Origin: Arenicellales bacterium
GTDB lineage: Bacteria; Pseudomonadota; Gammaproteobacteria; Arenicellales; JAJDZL01
Length of the DNA stretch: 64,000 bases
Assembly (NCBI GenBank): GCA_965116205.1
Contig: OZ220493.1
Span: forward strand, 2,485,072 to 2,549,071
Reading direction: 5' to 3'
Below, piece after piece: positions 26,553-36,963 of the stretch; the first letter of the stretch is position 1, and the number at the start of each line of letters is the position of its first letter. A model generated the notes under the pieces. The model was not told the DNA's origin. It was given only the letters and a program-made list of their open reading frames with translations, and did not search any database. The position numbers were made by a program, and so were the translations under genes.

Positions 26553-28955
26553 TTGAATGATTGTTGTATGTTAAAGTCTTCTAGTACCGATAAGTCAAAA
26601 AGAGCAGCTCTGGCGACCGGCATCATCGGCATTATTATGCTGTGGATTGCCGCCGGATGGTTAATGTTGGCATTCGTTACCTATTCGCCGCTTGACCCTG
26701 GCATCAGTTGGCGTTCCACCGCAGCAGAAATTGACATAGTCAATCTTGGTGGTCGGCCGGGCGCGTTAGTCGCCGATGTCGCGTATTCTGCATTTGGATT
26801 CACCTGTTTTCTTATTCCGGTTATCATCGCTTTCGCGGGGTGGAAATGGTTGCGCCTACTACTGAAAAATGAAGCCGCGAGAAACTACGCCTTTATTGTT
26901 TTCGTACTCGGTATTTTACTCACTCTGCTAAGCGGAAGTGGGCTTGAAAATTTATATGGCACTTACCATGAGGATAATCATCTACGTGGTGGTATTGCCG
27001 GGTATGAGGTGTCGCGTATGCTGACAGATTTTCTTGTCTTTCAGCAGGCGGCCGTGTTACTGGTTAGTGTTTTCGTTTTAGGTTCGGCATTATGTAGCCT
27101 TATTCCCTGGGTCAAGATTTTCGACATCACGGGAAAATCAGTATTTTCTGCCGTGTTGATGGTATTCAGTAGATTCGAAGCACGACCGAAACCGGCGCAG
27201 AAAGTAAGAACCGAGAAGACAATCTCAGGGATACTGATGCGTTCGGTCGCGAAAGTGGTTAACAGAAAACTGGATGCCGCGGTCGGTGGAGTCACCAAGA
27301 AGACCAAAAAGTCGTCGCCGATAGCTCATTCTAAATCAATGGTTTCACAACGTACAGAACCGCGGATCACACCCATTGACGCAGTCGACAATTCTGCCAT
27401 TGCCGCCACGAAATCGAGAGTTAAGACTAGGAAACAGGTAAAAGTCAAACTGCCAAATCAGTCAGACGCTCAATCGACAGTCGCAATGGATGCTGGTTTT
27501 CCAGATACGGCGATGTTGGACCCGTCCGAAGCTTCCGCCTATGCCTACTCCCAGGATGAGATTGTTCAAATGGGTGAAAAAATCAAGATGATGCTCAGTC
27601 AGTTCAATGTGGATGTGAACGTTCGTAATGCACAGGTCGGTCCCGTGATCACACAGTTTGAAATTGAACCTGCAGCCGGTGTCAAGGCCAATCAGATCAT
27701 CAACCTGACTAACGATCTGGCACGTACTTTAACAGTTCAGAGCGTGCGAGTCGTTGATAATATTCCGGGCACTTCATACGTTGGTTTGGAGGTCCCCAAT
27801 AAATTCCGAGAAACGGTACGATTGGTGGATGGGCTTGAGTCAGAGGCGTATCGGGAGTCAGCTCACCCGTTGACCATCGTATTGGGGAAAGACATTCGTG
27901 GATACACAGTCGTTACCAATCTGGCATCCATGCCACATCTACTGATTGCCGGAACAACGGGGGCCGGAAAATCAGTCTGTCTGAATGCGATATTACTCAG
28001 CTTTCTATTCAAATCCACTCCCGACCAACTTCGACTAATCATGGTCGACCCTAAAATGTTGGAATTTTCGGTGTATGAAGGAATTCCGCATCTGCTGGCC
28101 CCTGTCATTACGGATTTGAATCAGACGAACAATGCGTTGCACTGGTGCATTTCGGAGATGGAAAGAAGATTTGCGCTGATGGCCAGTCTTGGCGTTAGAA
28201 ACATGGAAAATTACAATGACTACATTACCAACGCCGGTGCTCCAGTACTGAATCCCACAGCGAATGATCCTGATACCGCCGAGCCTTTGAAATTATTTCC
28301 TTACATTGTATTCGTCATTGATGAATTGTCTGACTTGATTATGGTGATGGGAAAAAAGGCTGAAGAACTGATTATTCGTATTGCGCAAAGAGCCCGCGCT
28401 GCTGGTATTCATTTGATTGTCGCCACTCAACGGCCATCGACAGATGTGATTCGCGGTGTACTAAAAGCCAATATTCCGACCAGAATCGCTTTTCGAGTGG
28501 CATCCAATGCAGATTCGAGAACCATCTTGGATCAGGTTGGCGCCGAACACCTACTGGGTAAGGGCGACATGTTGTTCATTCCGCCGGGCAGTTCCACCGT
28601 CGTGCGAGTGCATGGCGCGTTTGTTTCAGATGATGAAGTCAAGCGAGTGGTGGACCATCTTAAAACGGCTAGTCAACCCAATTATGACGAAGAGGTGACG
28701 CAGGCGCTCAGTGGAGACTCGGTGAGTGGGCAGTTTGATGGGAATGATAATGGCGATGTGGACGAAATGTATGAGCAGGCGCTTGACGTGGTCAGTCGAT
28801 CAAAAACAACCTCAATATCGAAAATCCAACGTGAATTGCGCATCGGCTATAACCGTGCCGCACGAATTATTGAAGCAATGGAATCTGATGGTGTAATCAG
28901 TTCACCACAAAGCGGTGGAACACGGACGGTCTTGATTTATTCACCGGAACATTAA
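26553..28955 (+). CDS. ftsK: DNA translocase FtsK (start may be ATG 26568)
   Basis: N-terminal transmembrane helices, Walker A GTTGAGKS, Walker B VIDELSDL, and the C-terminal gamma domain SISKIQRELRIGYNRAARIIEAME. Confidence 0.93.
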   Translation: MNDCCMLKSSSTDKSKRAALATGIIGIIMLWIAAGWLMLAFVTYSPLDPGISWRSTAAEIDIVNLGGRPGALVADVAYSAFGFTCFLIPVIIAFAGWKWLRLLLKNEAARNYAFIVFVLGILLTLLSGSGLENLYGTYHEDNHLRGGIAGYEVSRMLTDFLVFQQAAVLLVSVFVLGSALCSLIPWVKIFDITGKSVFSAVLMVFSRFEARPKPAQKVRTEKTISGILMRSVAKVVNRKLDAAVGGVTKKTKKSSPIAHSKSMVSQRTEPRITPIDAVDNSAIAATKSRVKTRKQVKVKLPNQSDAQSTVAMDAGFPDTAMLDPSEASAYAYSQDEIVQMGEKIKMMLSQFNVDVNVRNAQVGPVITQFEIEPAAGVKANQIINLTNDLARTLTVQSVRVVDNIPGTSYVGLEVPNKFRETVRLVDGLESEAYRESAHPLTIVLGKDIRGYTVVTNLASMPHLLIAGTTGAGKSVCLNAILLSFLFKSTPDQLRLIMVDPKMLEFSVYEGIPHLLAPVITDLNQTNNALHWCISEMERRFALMASLGVRNMENYNDYITNAGAPVLNPTANDPDTAEPLKLFPYIVFVIDELSDLIMVMGKKAEELIIRIAQRARAAGIHLIVATQRPSTDVIRGVLKANIPTRIAFRVASNADSRTILDQVGAEHLLGKGDMLFIPPGSSTVVRVHGAFVSDDEVKRVVDHLKTASQPNYDEEVTQALSGDSVSGQFDGNDNGDVDEMYEQALDVVSRSKTTSISKIQRELRIGYNRAARIIEAMESDGVISSPQSGGTRTVLIYSPEH

Positions 28956-28956
28956 T

Positions 28957-29625
28957 ATGGCAATCAACTTGCTGAGAGTGCGAAGATACACGATACTCGC
29001 GTTCTGCCTCTGCTGGTGTCCCGCTGCTGTTGCATCGGCCGCCACGGCGGTCGAGCGCATGTCCAACTTTTTCGCTAACCAAAGCACCTATTTCGCCGAG
29101 TTCAAGCAGACTATTCTAGATGAAGGACTCAATATCATTGAAGAAAGTGTCGGACTCATGTGGTTGTCGCGTCCGAATCGTTTTCGATGGGAGTACTACG
29201 AACCCTTTGCGCAGACCATTGTCAGTGATGGCATCAATGTCTGGATTTATGACACTGAACTGGAACAGGCCAGTGTCAGATACCTATCTGAAGTCATTGA
29301 CCAAAGCGCGGCTGAAATTCTGTCAGGCACCGGCAACATTGATGATCGCTACGTGGTTGCTGATCTTGGTACTCAAGGAAGGTTGGCCTGGGTTTTGATT
29401 GAGCCTTTGGATCAGGAATCGTCGCAGTTCGAATCCATGCGACTTGGCTTTGATGACGTTACTTTGAGAACTCTGGAAATTCTGGATGCACTCGGAGATA
29501 CGACTCGCATTCAAATGGATGAGGTAGTGCTTGGCCATGAATTTCAAGACAAAGTGTTTGAGTTCGTCATTCCAAAAGGCGTTGATCTGATTGATTCTAG
29601 AGAAATAAATGACGTTGCAAATTAA
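28957..29625 (+). CDS. lolA: Outer-membrane lipoprotein carrier protein LolA
   Basis: 222 aa with a signal peptide and LolA-like sequence (F.Q......G.......G.MWLSRPNRFRWEY). It sits in the conserved ftsK-lolA-rarA position. Confidence 0.8.
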   Translation: MAINLLRVRRYTILAFCLCWCPAAVASAATAVERMSNFFANQSTYFAEFKQTILDEGLNIIEESVGLMWLSRPNRFRWEYYEPFAQTIVSDGINVWIYDTELEQASVRYLSEVIDQSAAEILSGTGNIDDRYVVADLGTQGRLAWVLIEPLDQESSQFESMRLGFDDVTLRTLEILDALGDTTRIQMDEVVLGHEFQDKVFEFVIPKGVDLIDSREINDVAN

Positions 29626-29653
29626 CGCCAATCATAGCAGGAAGTGACTGTTT

Positions 29654-30973
29654 TTGGATGCTTCTAGTACCCAACGGTATGTCGCGCTCACACCATTGGC
29701 GGAGTTGATGCGGCCTACATGTCTTGATGACGTTTTTGGTCAGGAGCACATTCTGGCACCGGGAAAATCACTGCGCGAAGCCGTCGCCAATAAAATTCTC
29801 CATTCCATGGTGTTTTGGGGGCCGCCCGGTAGTGGAAAAACCACCTTGGCGCGCATTATTGCTCGGGAATTTGATGCCCAATTACTGACATTGTCGGCGG
29901 TCGACAGCGGTATTAAGGACATTCGACATGCCGTTGCCGAAGCACAAAAAAGGAGACAAGATGGCCAGGCTACGGTACTATTTGTTGATGAAGTCCACCG
30001 CTTCAATAAAAGCCAGCAAGATGCATTCTTGCCGCACATTGAACGTGGTGACTTGACATTCATCGGGGCTACCACAGAGAATCCTAGTTTTGAACTGAAT
30101 GGTGCGTTACTGTCTAGACTGCGCGTGTATGTACTGAAGCAGTTGGGTGCGGATGATTTGCGCCAGGTCATCCGTCGCGGTAGGCAGCTTAAGTTTGCTG
30201 GATTGCCGCCGGAATTCAACATTTCCGAGATGGCACAAGATATTTTCATTCAACACTCGGGTGGAGATGCGCGTCGATTGCTGAATCTTCTAGAAGTGGC
30301 TGTCGGTCTGATGCAGATGCAGGGAGCGAATGACATATCAGAGCAACTGGCAGTAGAAGTTGTCGGACAACCCATGTCAAGATTTGATAAGCGAGGAGAT
30401 GTGTTCTTCGAACTGATTTCAGCACTGCACAAGTCTGTTCGCGGGTCAGACCCGGATGCTTCTCTCTATTGGCTCGCCCGCATGCTCACTGGTGGTTGTG
30501 ACCCGCTGTATATTGCGAGACGCGTCGTCAGAATCGCTAGTGAAGACATCGGCAACGCCGATCCAAACGCATTGAACGTGGCGTTGAATGCTTGGGAAAT
30601 TTATCAGCGGTTAGGAACGCCGGAGGGAGAACTGGCGATTGCCCAAGCGGTTGTGTATCTGGCCTGTTGTCCGAAGAGTAATGCGGTTTATACGGCGTTT
30701 AATGAGGCGTGGGAAGATGCGCAGCGACATGGTAGCTTAGAGGTGCCGATGCACTTGAGGAATGCTCCGACGCAGTTGATGAAGAACTTGGGGTATGGGA
30801 AGAACTATCGCTATGCGCACGATGAAACGGCGGGCTACGTATTTGGAGAACATTATTTTCCTAAACACATGAAACCTAGAACATATTATCGACCCGTTCC
30901 CCGCGGCGTAGAAAAACGGATCAAAGAGTATCTGGAAAAACTACGTCAGGCTACCGGTCCTGAAACAAGATAA
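29654..30973 (+). CDS. rarA: Replication-associated recombination protein A (MgsA/RarA); TTG start
   Basis: GPPGSGKTTLARII Walker A and VLFVDEVHRFNK Walker B, followed by the MgsA C-terminal region. Confidence 0.9.
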   Translation: MDASSTQRYVALTPLAELMRPTCLDDVFGQEHILAPGKSLREAVANKILHSMVFWGPPGSGKTTLARIIAREFDAQLLTLSAVDSGIKDIRHAVAEAQKRRQDGQATVLFVDEVHRFNKSQQDAFLPHIERGDLTFIGATTENPSFELNGALLSRLRVYVLKQLGADDLRQVIRRGRQLKFAGLPPEFNISEMAQDIFIQHSGGDARRLLNLLEVAVGLMQMQGANDISEQLAVEVVGQPMSRFDKRGDVFFELISALHKSVRGSDPDASLYWLARMLTGGCDPLYIARRVVRIASEDIGNADPNALNVALNAWEIYQRLGTPEGELAIAQAVVYLACCPKSNAVYTAFNEAWEDAQRHGSLEVPMHLRNAPTQLMKNLGYGKNYRYAHDETAGYVFGEHYFPKHMKPRTYYRPVPRGVEKRIKEYLEKLRQATGPETR

Positions 30974-31223
30974 AGAAAACATGGAAGGAGGGATGGTTTG
31001 AATCTATAGTGCATCAACAACCGACAGAAGATCGTTTTCGCAGATCCAAGTGTTGAGGTTGTGCGACTGCCATCGTATGGGTGAAGCCCTCACCAATGAC
31101 TGAGCACACGGATTGGCATTGAGTCGAGCAGACCATTTATAATCGACAGCCACCGATTCAGTTCATGTTAACTGATCTTGAAATCAGCAAACTGAGCAGT
31201 CTAATCCAAATGTAGAGGAAATT

Positions 31224-32504
31224 ATGCTTGATCAACATTTTCTGCGCGCCGAATACAAAACCATTGCAGAACAACTGACCGCAAGAGGTTATGACTTCGA
31301 CGTCCCATATTATGAGAGTCTTGAATCGCGCCGTCGATCCGTTCAATCCAGTACTGAGGCGGCAAGGAATCAGAAAAACAGATTGTCCAAGCTGATCGGC
31401 CAGCTGAAATCAAAAGGTGAAAGTACCACGGCTGTCTTTGCCGAAGTTGAACAGGTGGACTTACAGTTGAAAGATTTGGAGGTTCAATTTGCCGCCATTC
31501 AGAGTGAGTTTCATGATTTTCTGTCCGAGATTCCAAATCTAGCGCATGAAAGCGTACCCATTGGTAGCGCAGAAGAAGATAACTTAGAAATTCGTCGATA
31601 CGGCACTCCCAAGTCGTTTGATTTTGCACCCAAAGACCATGTGGCTTTGGGGGAGGGTTTAGGTCTGCTTGATTTTGAATTAGCCAGCAAACTTTCCGGT
31701 GCCCGATTTGTCGTCATGCGACACAAACTAGCTGCGCTACATCGTGCCATTGCGCAACTGATGCTTGACACACACACAAAAGAGCATGGGTACGAAGAAA
31801 TTAATCTGCCATTTATCGTCAATTCAGAAATTCTTTACGGCACCGGTCAGCTCCCAAAGTTTCAGGATGATCAATTTCATCTGGAAGATGACCGTGATTT
31901 CTACCTAATTCCGACTGCTGAAGTACCCTTGACGAATATCGTCAAAGACTGTATCGTTGAAGAAAGTGAGTTGCCCATGAAGTTTGTTGCTCACACTCCT
32001 TGTTTCAGAAAGGAAGCGGGTTCGTATGGTAAAGATACCCGCGGCATGATTCGACAGCATCAGTTCGAAAAAGTCGAACTGGTACACATTGCCAACCCGG
32101 CCGACTCCTATCAGATATTGGAAGAATTAACGGCTAATGCCGAAAAGATACTGCAGATGCTGGACTTGCCCTATCGTGTTATTGTGCTCTGTACTGGGGA
32201 CATGGGATTCAGTGCGGCAAAAACCTACGATATTGAAGTCTGGCTTCCGGGTCAGCAGAAATATCGAGAAATCTCTTCGTGTAGCAATTGTGAAGGTTTC
32301 CAAGCCAGAAGAATGAAAGCCCGCATGCGCAGTAAGCAGACCAGAAAGCTGGAGCCTTTACACACCCTAAATGGCTCCGGACTTGCCGTCGGTCGAACAT
32401 TGATCGCGGTATTGGAAAACTACCAATGTGAAGATGGTAGTATTCAAATTCCTGAAGTTCTACGTCCTTATATGAATGGATTGTCTGACATTCAGAAGCA
32501 CTGA
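31224..32504 (+). CDS. serS: Serine--tRNA ligase
   Basis: 426 aa with an N-terminal coiled-coil arm and class II core (TAEVPLTN, FRKEAGSYGKDTRGMIRQHQFEKVE). Confidence 0.93.
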   Translation: MLDQHFLRAEYKTIAEQLTARGYDFDVPYYESLESRRRSVQSSTEAARNQKNRLSKLIGQLKSKGESTTAVFAEVEQVDLQLKDLEVQFAAIQSEFHDFLSEIPNLAHESVPIGSAEEDNLEIRRYGTPKSFDFAPKDHVALGEGLGLLDFELASKLSGARFVVMRHKLAALHRAIAQLMLDTHTKEHGYEEINLPFIVNSEILYGTGQLPKFQDDQFHLEDDRDFYLIPTAEVPLTNIVKDCIVEESELPMKFVAHTPCFRKEAGSYGKDTRGMIRQHQFEKVELVHIANPADSYQILEELTANAEKILQMLDLPYRVIVLCTGDMGFSAAKTYDIEVWLPGQQKYREISSCSNCEGFQARRMKARMRSKQTRKLEPLHTLNGSGLAVGRTLIAVLENYQCEDGSIQIPEVLRPYMNGLSDIQKH

Positions 32505-32530
32505 ATTCACCGGTAATCGTTGACTGTCTA

Positions 32531-33955
32531 TTACCGTCCTTTGGAACGAGTTTTCTTCGGCATATACAAGTCTGTAATAGTGCCTTCGTAAGCCTCGGCG
32601 GCGAACCCCATCGTTTCCGATAACGTCGGATGAGGGTGGATTGTTAGTGCCAAGTCAGTGGCATCTGCGCCCATTTCAATCGCTAGCGCCGCCTCGGCAA
32701 TCAGTTCACCCGCATTTGCCCCCACGACTCCCGCCCCGAGCAGTCGTTTGGTCTTTGGGTCGAAAAGGAGTTTCGTCAAACCTTCAGAACGCGACATTGA
32801 CAGTGCTCGACCACTCGCCTGCCAGGGAAAGATACCCTTTTCGATAGGGATGTGATTGCGCTTCGCTTCATTTTCCGTCAATCCGACCCAGGCAACTTCA
32901 GGGTCGGTATAGGCCACTGATGGGATGAGTGAGGTGTCAAATCCAGACTTCATTCCAGCAATCACTTCGGCGGCTACTTTACCTTGGTGGGTTGCTTTGT
33001 GAGCCAGCATAGGTTGACCGGTGATATCGCCAATCGCATAAATGCCCTCTACGTTGGTGCGCTGTTGTCGATCAACGGTAATGAAACCGTGATCATCGAC
33101 TTGAACACCTGCTGAACTCGCGTTAATCAGACTACCATTAGGTGTCCGACCGACGGCAGTTAGAATCATGTCGAATTCTTCTTTCGTTGTACCCTCGTCA
33201 CCTACTAATTCGACAGTCAGTTTATCTTTATCGGCACTGACGGAGTTCACGCGGGTTTTCAGAAGTATTTGTTCATACTGTTTGTTAATTCTCTGTATGA
33301 GGGGTTTTGTCAAATCAGCATCGGCTTCGGCGATGAGATGGTCCAAAACCTCGACGACAGTAATGGCTGTACCGAGTTCGTGATAGACGGCACCAAGTTC
33401 CAAGCCGATGATGCCGCCCCCTATGATCAGCAAACGTTCAGGGATTTTGGCTAGGGACAGTGCACCTGTTGAATCGACAATTCTTGGGTCGTCCGGTAAA
33501 AAGGGTAGCGTGGTCGGGCGTGAACCGGCGGCGATAATTACATCTCGAAACGAAATCTGCATGACCTTTTCATCTTGCACGACCCGCAGTGTTTCTGCAT
33601 CTAGGAATTGTGCATGTCCGTTGACGACCTGCACCCCACGCTGTTTTGCCAGTACTTTCAGACCACCGGTCAACCGTCGAACTACTTTATCCGTCCACCG
33701 TCTCAGTTGGTCAGTATTCACATCAGGTTCCTGAAACACGACACCGCACTGCTTGAGTTCATTGGCTTCAAATATGACTTTAGCAACATGGAGCAATGCT
33801 TTTGAGGGGATGCATCCGACATTCAGACACACACCTCCTAACGTTGGATACCGTTCAATCAGTACTGTCTGTTTGCCCAGATCAGCTGCCCGAAATGCAG
33901 CCGTATAACCGCCCGGACCGGAACCCAATACAGCGACTTCAGTATCAATTTGCAT
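32531..33955 (-). CDS. lpdA: Dihydrolipoyl dehydrogenase (E3)
   Basis: GSGPGGYTAAFRAADLG FAD motif and the CLNVGCIPSK redox-active disulfide. 474 aa, downstream of aceF. Confidence 0.93.
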   Translation of the reverse strand: MQIDTEVAVLGSGPGGYTAAFRAADLGKQTVLIERYPTLGGVCLNVGCIPSKALLHVAKVIFEANELKQCGVVFQEPDVNTDQLRRWTDKVVRRLTGGLKVLAKQRGVQVVNGHAQFLDAETLRVVQDEKVMQISFRDVIIAAGSRPTTLPFLPDDPRIVDSTGALSLAKIPERLLIIGGGIIGLELGAVYHELGTAITVVEVLDHLIAEADADLTKPLIQRINKQYEQILLKTRVNSVSADKDKLTVELVGDEGTTKEEFDMILTAVGRTPNGSLINASSAGVQVDDHGFITVDRQQRTNVEGIYAIGDITGQPMLAHKATHQGKVAAEVIAGMKSGFDTSLIPSVAYTDPEVAWVGLTENEAKRNHIPIEKGIFPWQASGRALSMSRSEGLTKLLFDPKTKRLLGAGVVGANAGELIAEAALAIEMGADATDLALTIHPHPTLSETMGFAAEAYEGTITDLYMPKKTRSKGR

Positions 33956-34012
33956 TTTGGTTTTGGAGTCCTTAACTCCGTTCAGAGAACTGTGAACACA
34001 GTGAAACAGCTG

Positions 34013-35698
34013 TTAGAGCAGAATCCGCCGGGAATCGTACAGCAGTTCACAGACAAATTTCAAAAATCGTGCGGCTTCGGCGCCATCAATGACTCGGTGA
34101 TCATAAGACAGGGAAAGAGGGAGCATTTTTTTCCAAACAAACTCGTCGTTCCTGTCGGGAAAGAGTTGAAGTTGATGACGGCTGACTCCTAGAATGGCCA
34201 CCTCAGGTGGGTTGATGATCGGGGTAAAAAAGCGTCCACCAATGCCGCCAAGGCTTGAAATGGTGAAGCACCCACCTTGGAAATCAGTCGGTGTGAGTTT
34301 GCCTTCTCTGGCAGCCGAGCTCATTTGCTGTAGAACTTTTGCAATATCCAGGACTCCTAGATTCTGGATATTTTTTATGACCGGGACAACGAGTCCATTA
34401 GCCGTGTCAACGGCGACACCAATGTTGATGTACTTCTTAACAATCAGGCTTTGAGTATCGGTTGAGAGCGAAGAATTGAAGGTTGGATATTGCTGCAGTG
34501 CGTTGACGATCGCCTTACAAATGAAGGATAGAATGGTTACGCGCGTTCCGGTTGCTCTTTGTTCAGTATCAATTTCTTTTCTGAAATTATCCAGTTCTGT
34601 AATGTCGGCTTCATCATGATTGGTAACATGTGGAATGTCAAGCCAGGACCGGTGGAGGCGATCACCAGTCAACTTTCTGATTTTATTGAGTTTGACTGTT
34701 TCGAATTCGCCAAACTTAGAAAAATCAACTTCCGGAATTGGCGGCGGACCGAAATTCTGTCCCCCTTGAGATAATGAGGCATCGTCCAGTACTCCTTTGA
34801 TGTATTTAACGACATCGTCTTTAAGGATTCTGCCCTTTGCTCCAGTACCGCGAATTTGAGATAAATCAGCACCCAATTCTCTGGCGAAACGCCGCACTGA
34901 TGGACTGGCATGGAGTGTCATTCCCTTGGATCGTTCAACCGGCGGCGGTAGTGTTGGTGGAGGAGTCGGTGAGTGTTTCGCGCGGGTCACATGAACAAAG
35001 TCTCGAGCGTTTTCCTCAACGGAAGCTGGTGGAATTGATTCCACTGTAACCGATTCATTGCGCGGTGCCTGCGGGTAACCCTCGGTATCGGATTCATCCA
35101 ATTCGACAGTCAGCAGGTAATCATCTTTTGAAATCTCATCACCCAGTTTGACGCCCAACTCAGTAACTTTACCAGTGACCGGAGAAGGCACGTCCATGGT
35201 TGCTTTATCGCTTTCCAGCGTCAGTATCGAATCTTCAACGGCCAATACATCCCCGACTGCCACATGTACTTCGATGACTTCGACATCAGTAAAGTCACCA
35301 ATGTCTGGCAATCGTACTCGATGAAAATGATTGCTAGTGCTTTCCGCCTCAGTTTGATTGAGTCTGCTTGATTGCTGTCCGGTTATTTGACTGTCTAAAC
35401 TTTGTTCTGTCGATTCGTCAACTTGAGTCTCTCCTGAACTGCTGGGTACGATATCAACCGAAATCAGGTGGTCACCTTTTGAAATTTCATCACCAATTGA
35501 TACAACCATCTCTGCTACGGTACCTGAGACAGGTGAGGGTACATCCATCGTCGCCTTATCACTTTCAAGTGTGAGAATCGAATCTTCTGCCGCAATGGTA
35601 TCGCCAACACCGACGTGAATTTCAATGATTTCTACATTGAAAAAGTCACCGATGTCCGGGAGAAGCACTTTCTCTTGATGATGTGTCATAGAAGTCAA
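34013..35698 (-). CDS. aceF: Pyruvate dehydrogenase E2, dihydrolipoamide acetyltransferase (two lipoyl domains)
   Basis: Two repeats contain LESDKATMDVPSP (lipoyl-Lys). It also has a peripheral subunit-binding domain and the catalytic DHRVIDGA motif. Confidence 0.92.
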   Translation of the reverse strand: MTSMTHHQEKVLLPDIGDFFNVEIIEIHVGVGDTIAAEDSILTLESDKATMDVPSPVSGTVAEMVVSIGDEISKGDHLISVDIVPSSSGETQVDESTEQSLDSQITGQQSSRLNQTEAESTSNHFHRVRLPDIGDFTDVEVIEVHVAVGDVLAVEDSILTLESDKATMDVPSPVTGKVTELGVKLGDEISKDDYLLTVELDESDTEGYPQAPRNESVTVESIPPASVEENARDFVHVTRAKHSPTPPPTLPPPVERSKGMTLHASPSVRRFARELGADLSQIRGTGAKGRILKDDVVKYIKGVLDDASLSQGGQNFGPPPIPEVDFSKFGEFETVKLNKIRKLTGDRLHRSWLDIPHVTNHDEADITELDNFRKEIDTEQRATGTRVTILSFICKAIVNALQQYPTFNSSLSTDTQSLIVKKYINIGVAVDTANGLVVPVIKNIQNLGVLDIAKVLQQMSSAAREGKLTPTDFQGGCFTISSLGGIGGRFFTPIINPPEVAILGVSRHQLQLFPDRNDEFVWKKMLPLSLSYDHRVIDGAEAARFLKFVCELLYDSRRILL

Positions 35699-35759
35699 TG
35701 CGTTAATTTAATCAGGCGAGTTACTGTAAGTATAACTATCCACATAGTTGAACCCTAAC

Positions 35760-36608
35760 TCATGCCGGCATGCTGGGTTCATTTTTCATTCGCTTTCGGA
35801 ATGCCAATCGCTTAGGTATGCCTTGTGAAAGCAAAATATGTAACTTTTGTCCTAACATTTTGTTTTTGCCATGCCGCAGGTTCTGGTAGCCCATTTGCTT
35901 GATGTAATGATTATCAAAGGGCTCGTCGCCGAATGAATGATGCCTGCTACGCACGTACCGGAGGCCAGTGGGCGTCTGTGTGGGAGTGGTAGTAGTGCCG
36001 TGAAAAACCACTTGTGGTGATAGCATGTAAGTTTTTAACCCATTCATCCACCACGAATGCATGACCGTATCAACGACTTCGTTCATCAGTGGAAAATGGC
36101 TCAACAGACTTTTCATTGCCTCGGCAGTAATCACATAGCCTACGGCGCCGATTGAATCGTATCGGATGACACCGAGTATAAATTCTTCATTGAGTCTGTA
36201 TACAGGAATGATCGGATTTCTTGTTTTTCCGTTGTACAAAAAGACGATGTCAAAATCAAACATTCCTACGCTACGATCTAGGTTGTCGATGACGGATTGA
36301 GTCTCCTCTGCAAGACTACAGTCGTCTTCGAATACTGCAATGATACTTTCATTGTTCTGCAGTGCGGTCTGCCAGACTTTACGATGACTTAACCAACACG
36401 CCAATCCACCATGTACCAGCGGACGTTTCCATTTCCTTTGATTAGCTAGATACTTCGGGCAGACGTTATCTTGAATATCCTGATCACTAAGATCGCACCA
36501 GTCTATGCCTTTTGCAAACTCGAATTCAATCCCGGCCTTTGCGAATTGGCTGATCATCGTTTTTCGTCGTTCTGTGGCACGGTCTAGATTGATGACATAG
36601 CATTTCAA
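35760..36608 (-). CDS. Glycosyltransferase family 25, copy B (61 nt upstream of aceF, same strand)
   Basis: MKCYVINLDRATER and VFEDDC motifs, with tail GIPKRLAFRKRMKNE. It is about 60% identical to ORF 12687-13490. Confidence 0.8.
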   Translation of the reverse strand: MKCYVINLDRATERRKTMISQFAKAGIEFEFAKGIDWCDLSDQDIQDNVCPKYLANQRKWKRPLVHGGLACWLSHRKVWQTALQNNESIIAVFEDDCSLAEETQSVIDNLDRSVGMFDFDIVFLYNGKTRNPIIPVYRLNEEFILGVIRYDSIGAVGYVITAEAMKSLLSHFPLMNEVVDTVMHSWWMNGLKTYMLSPQVVFHGTTTTPTQTPTGLRYVRSRHHSFGDEPFDNHYIKQMGYQNLRHGKNKMLGQKLHILLSQGIPKRLAFRKRMKNEPSMPA

Positions 36609-36963
36609 TTTTCAGTCCTGTCTAGGTTAACCAACACTAGATATTCAGCAGGTAAATAAAACTCACTTATTCTGTTCCGAGAGATTTACAGTCAAAGCAT
36701 TACACCCAATCGAATAGAGTAGTTTTGACAGAAGTTTATTGAACGCTTCGAAAGAGTCAAGATTTTTCTAGGGGGTTGTTATTTCGACCAGTTCTAATGT
36801 TAAATATTAACTCGACATTTTAATCTGAACCATCTCTAGATTTTCCTGCATCTTTTCCTGCCGTTCGGATTCAGTTCAGTGTGGCATCTGTGAATACCTT
36901 AGCCGTCCTTAGTTATGGGAGTTCTGATTTATGTTAAAATTGAAATCGTTCAGTTGCTAATCC

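Noticed and set aside
32511-32536. The hairpin CGGTAAT-N12-ATTACCG between convergent serS and lpd could be a bidirectional terminator.
   Set aside because: The stem is only 7 bp with a 12-nt loop, it has no flanking T/A runs, and it overlaps the lpd stop codon. This is too weak to annotate.
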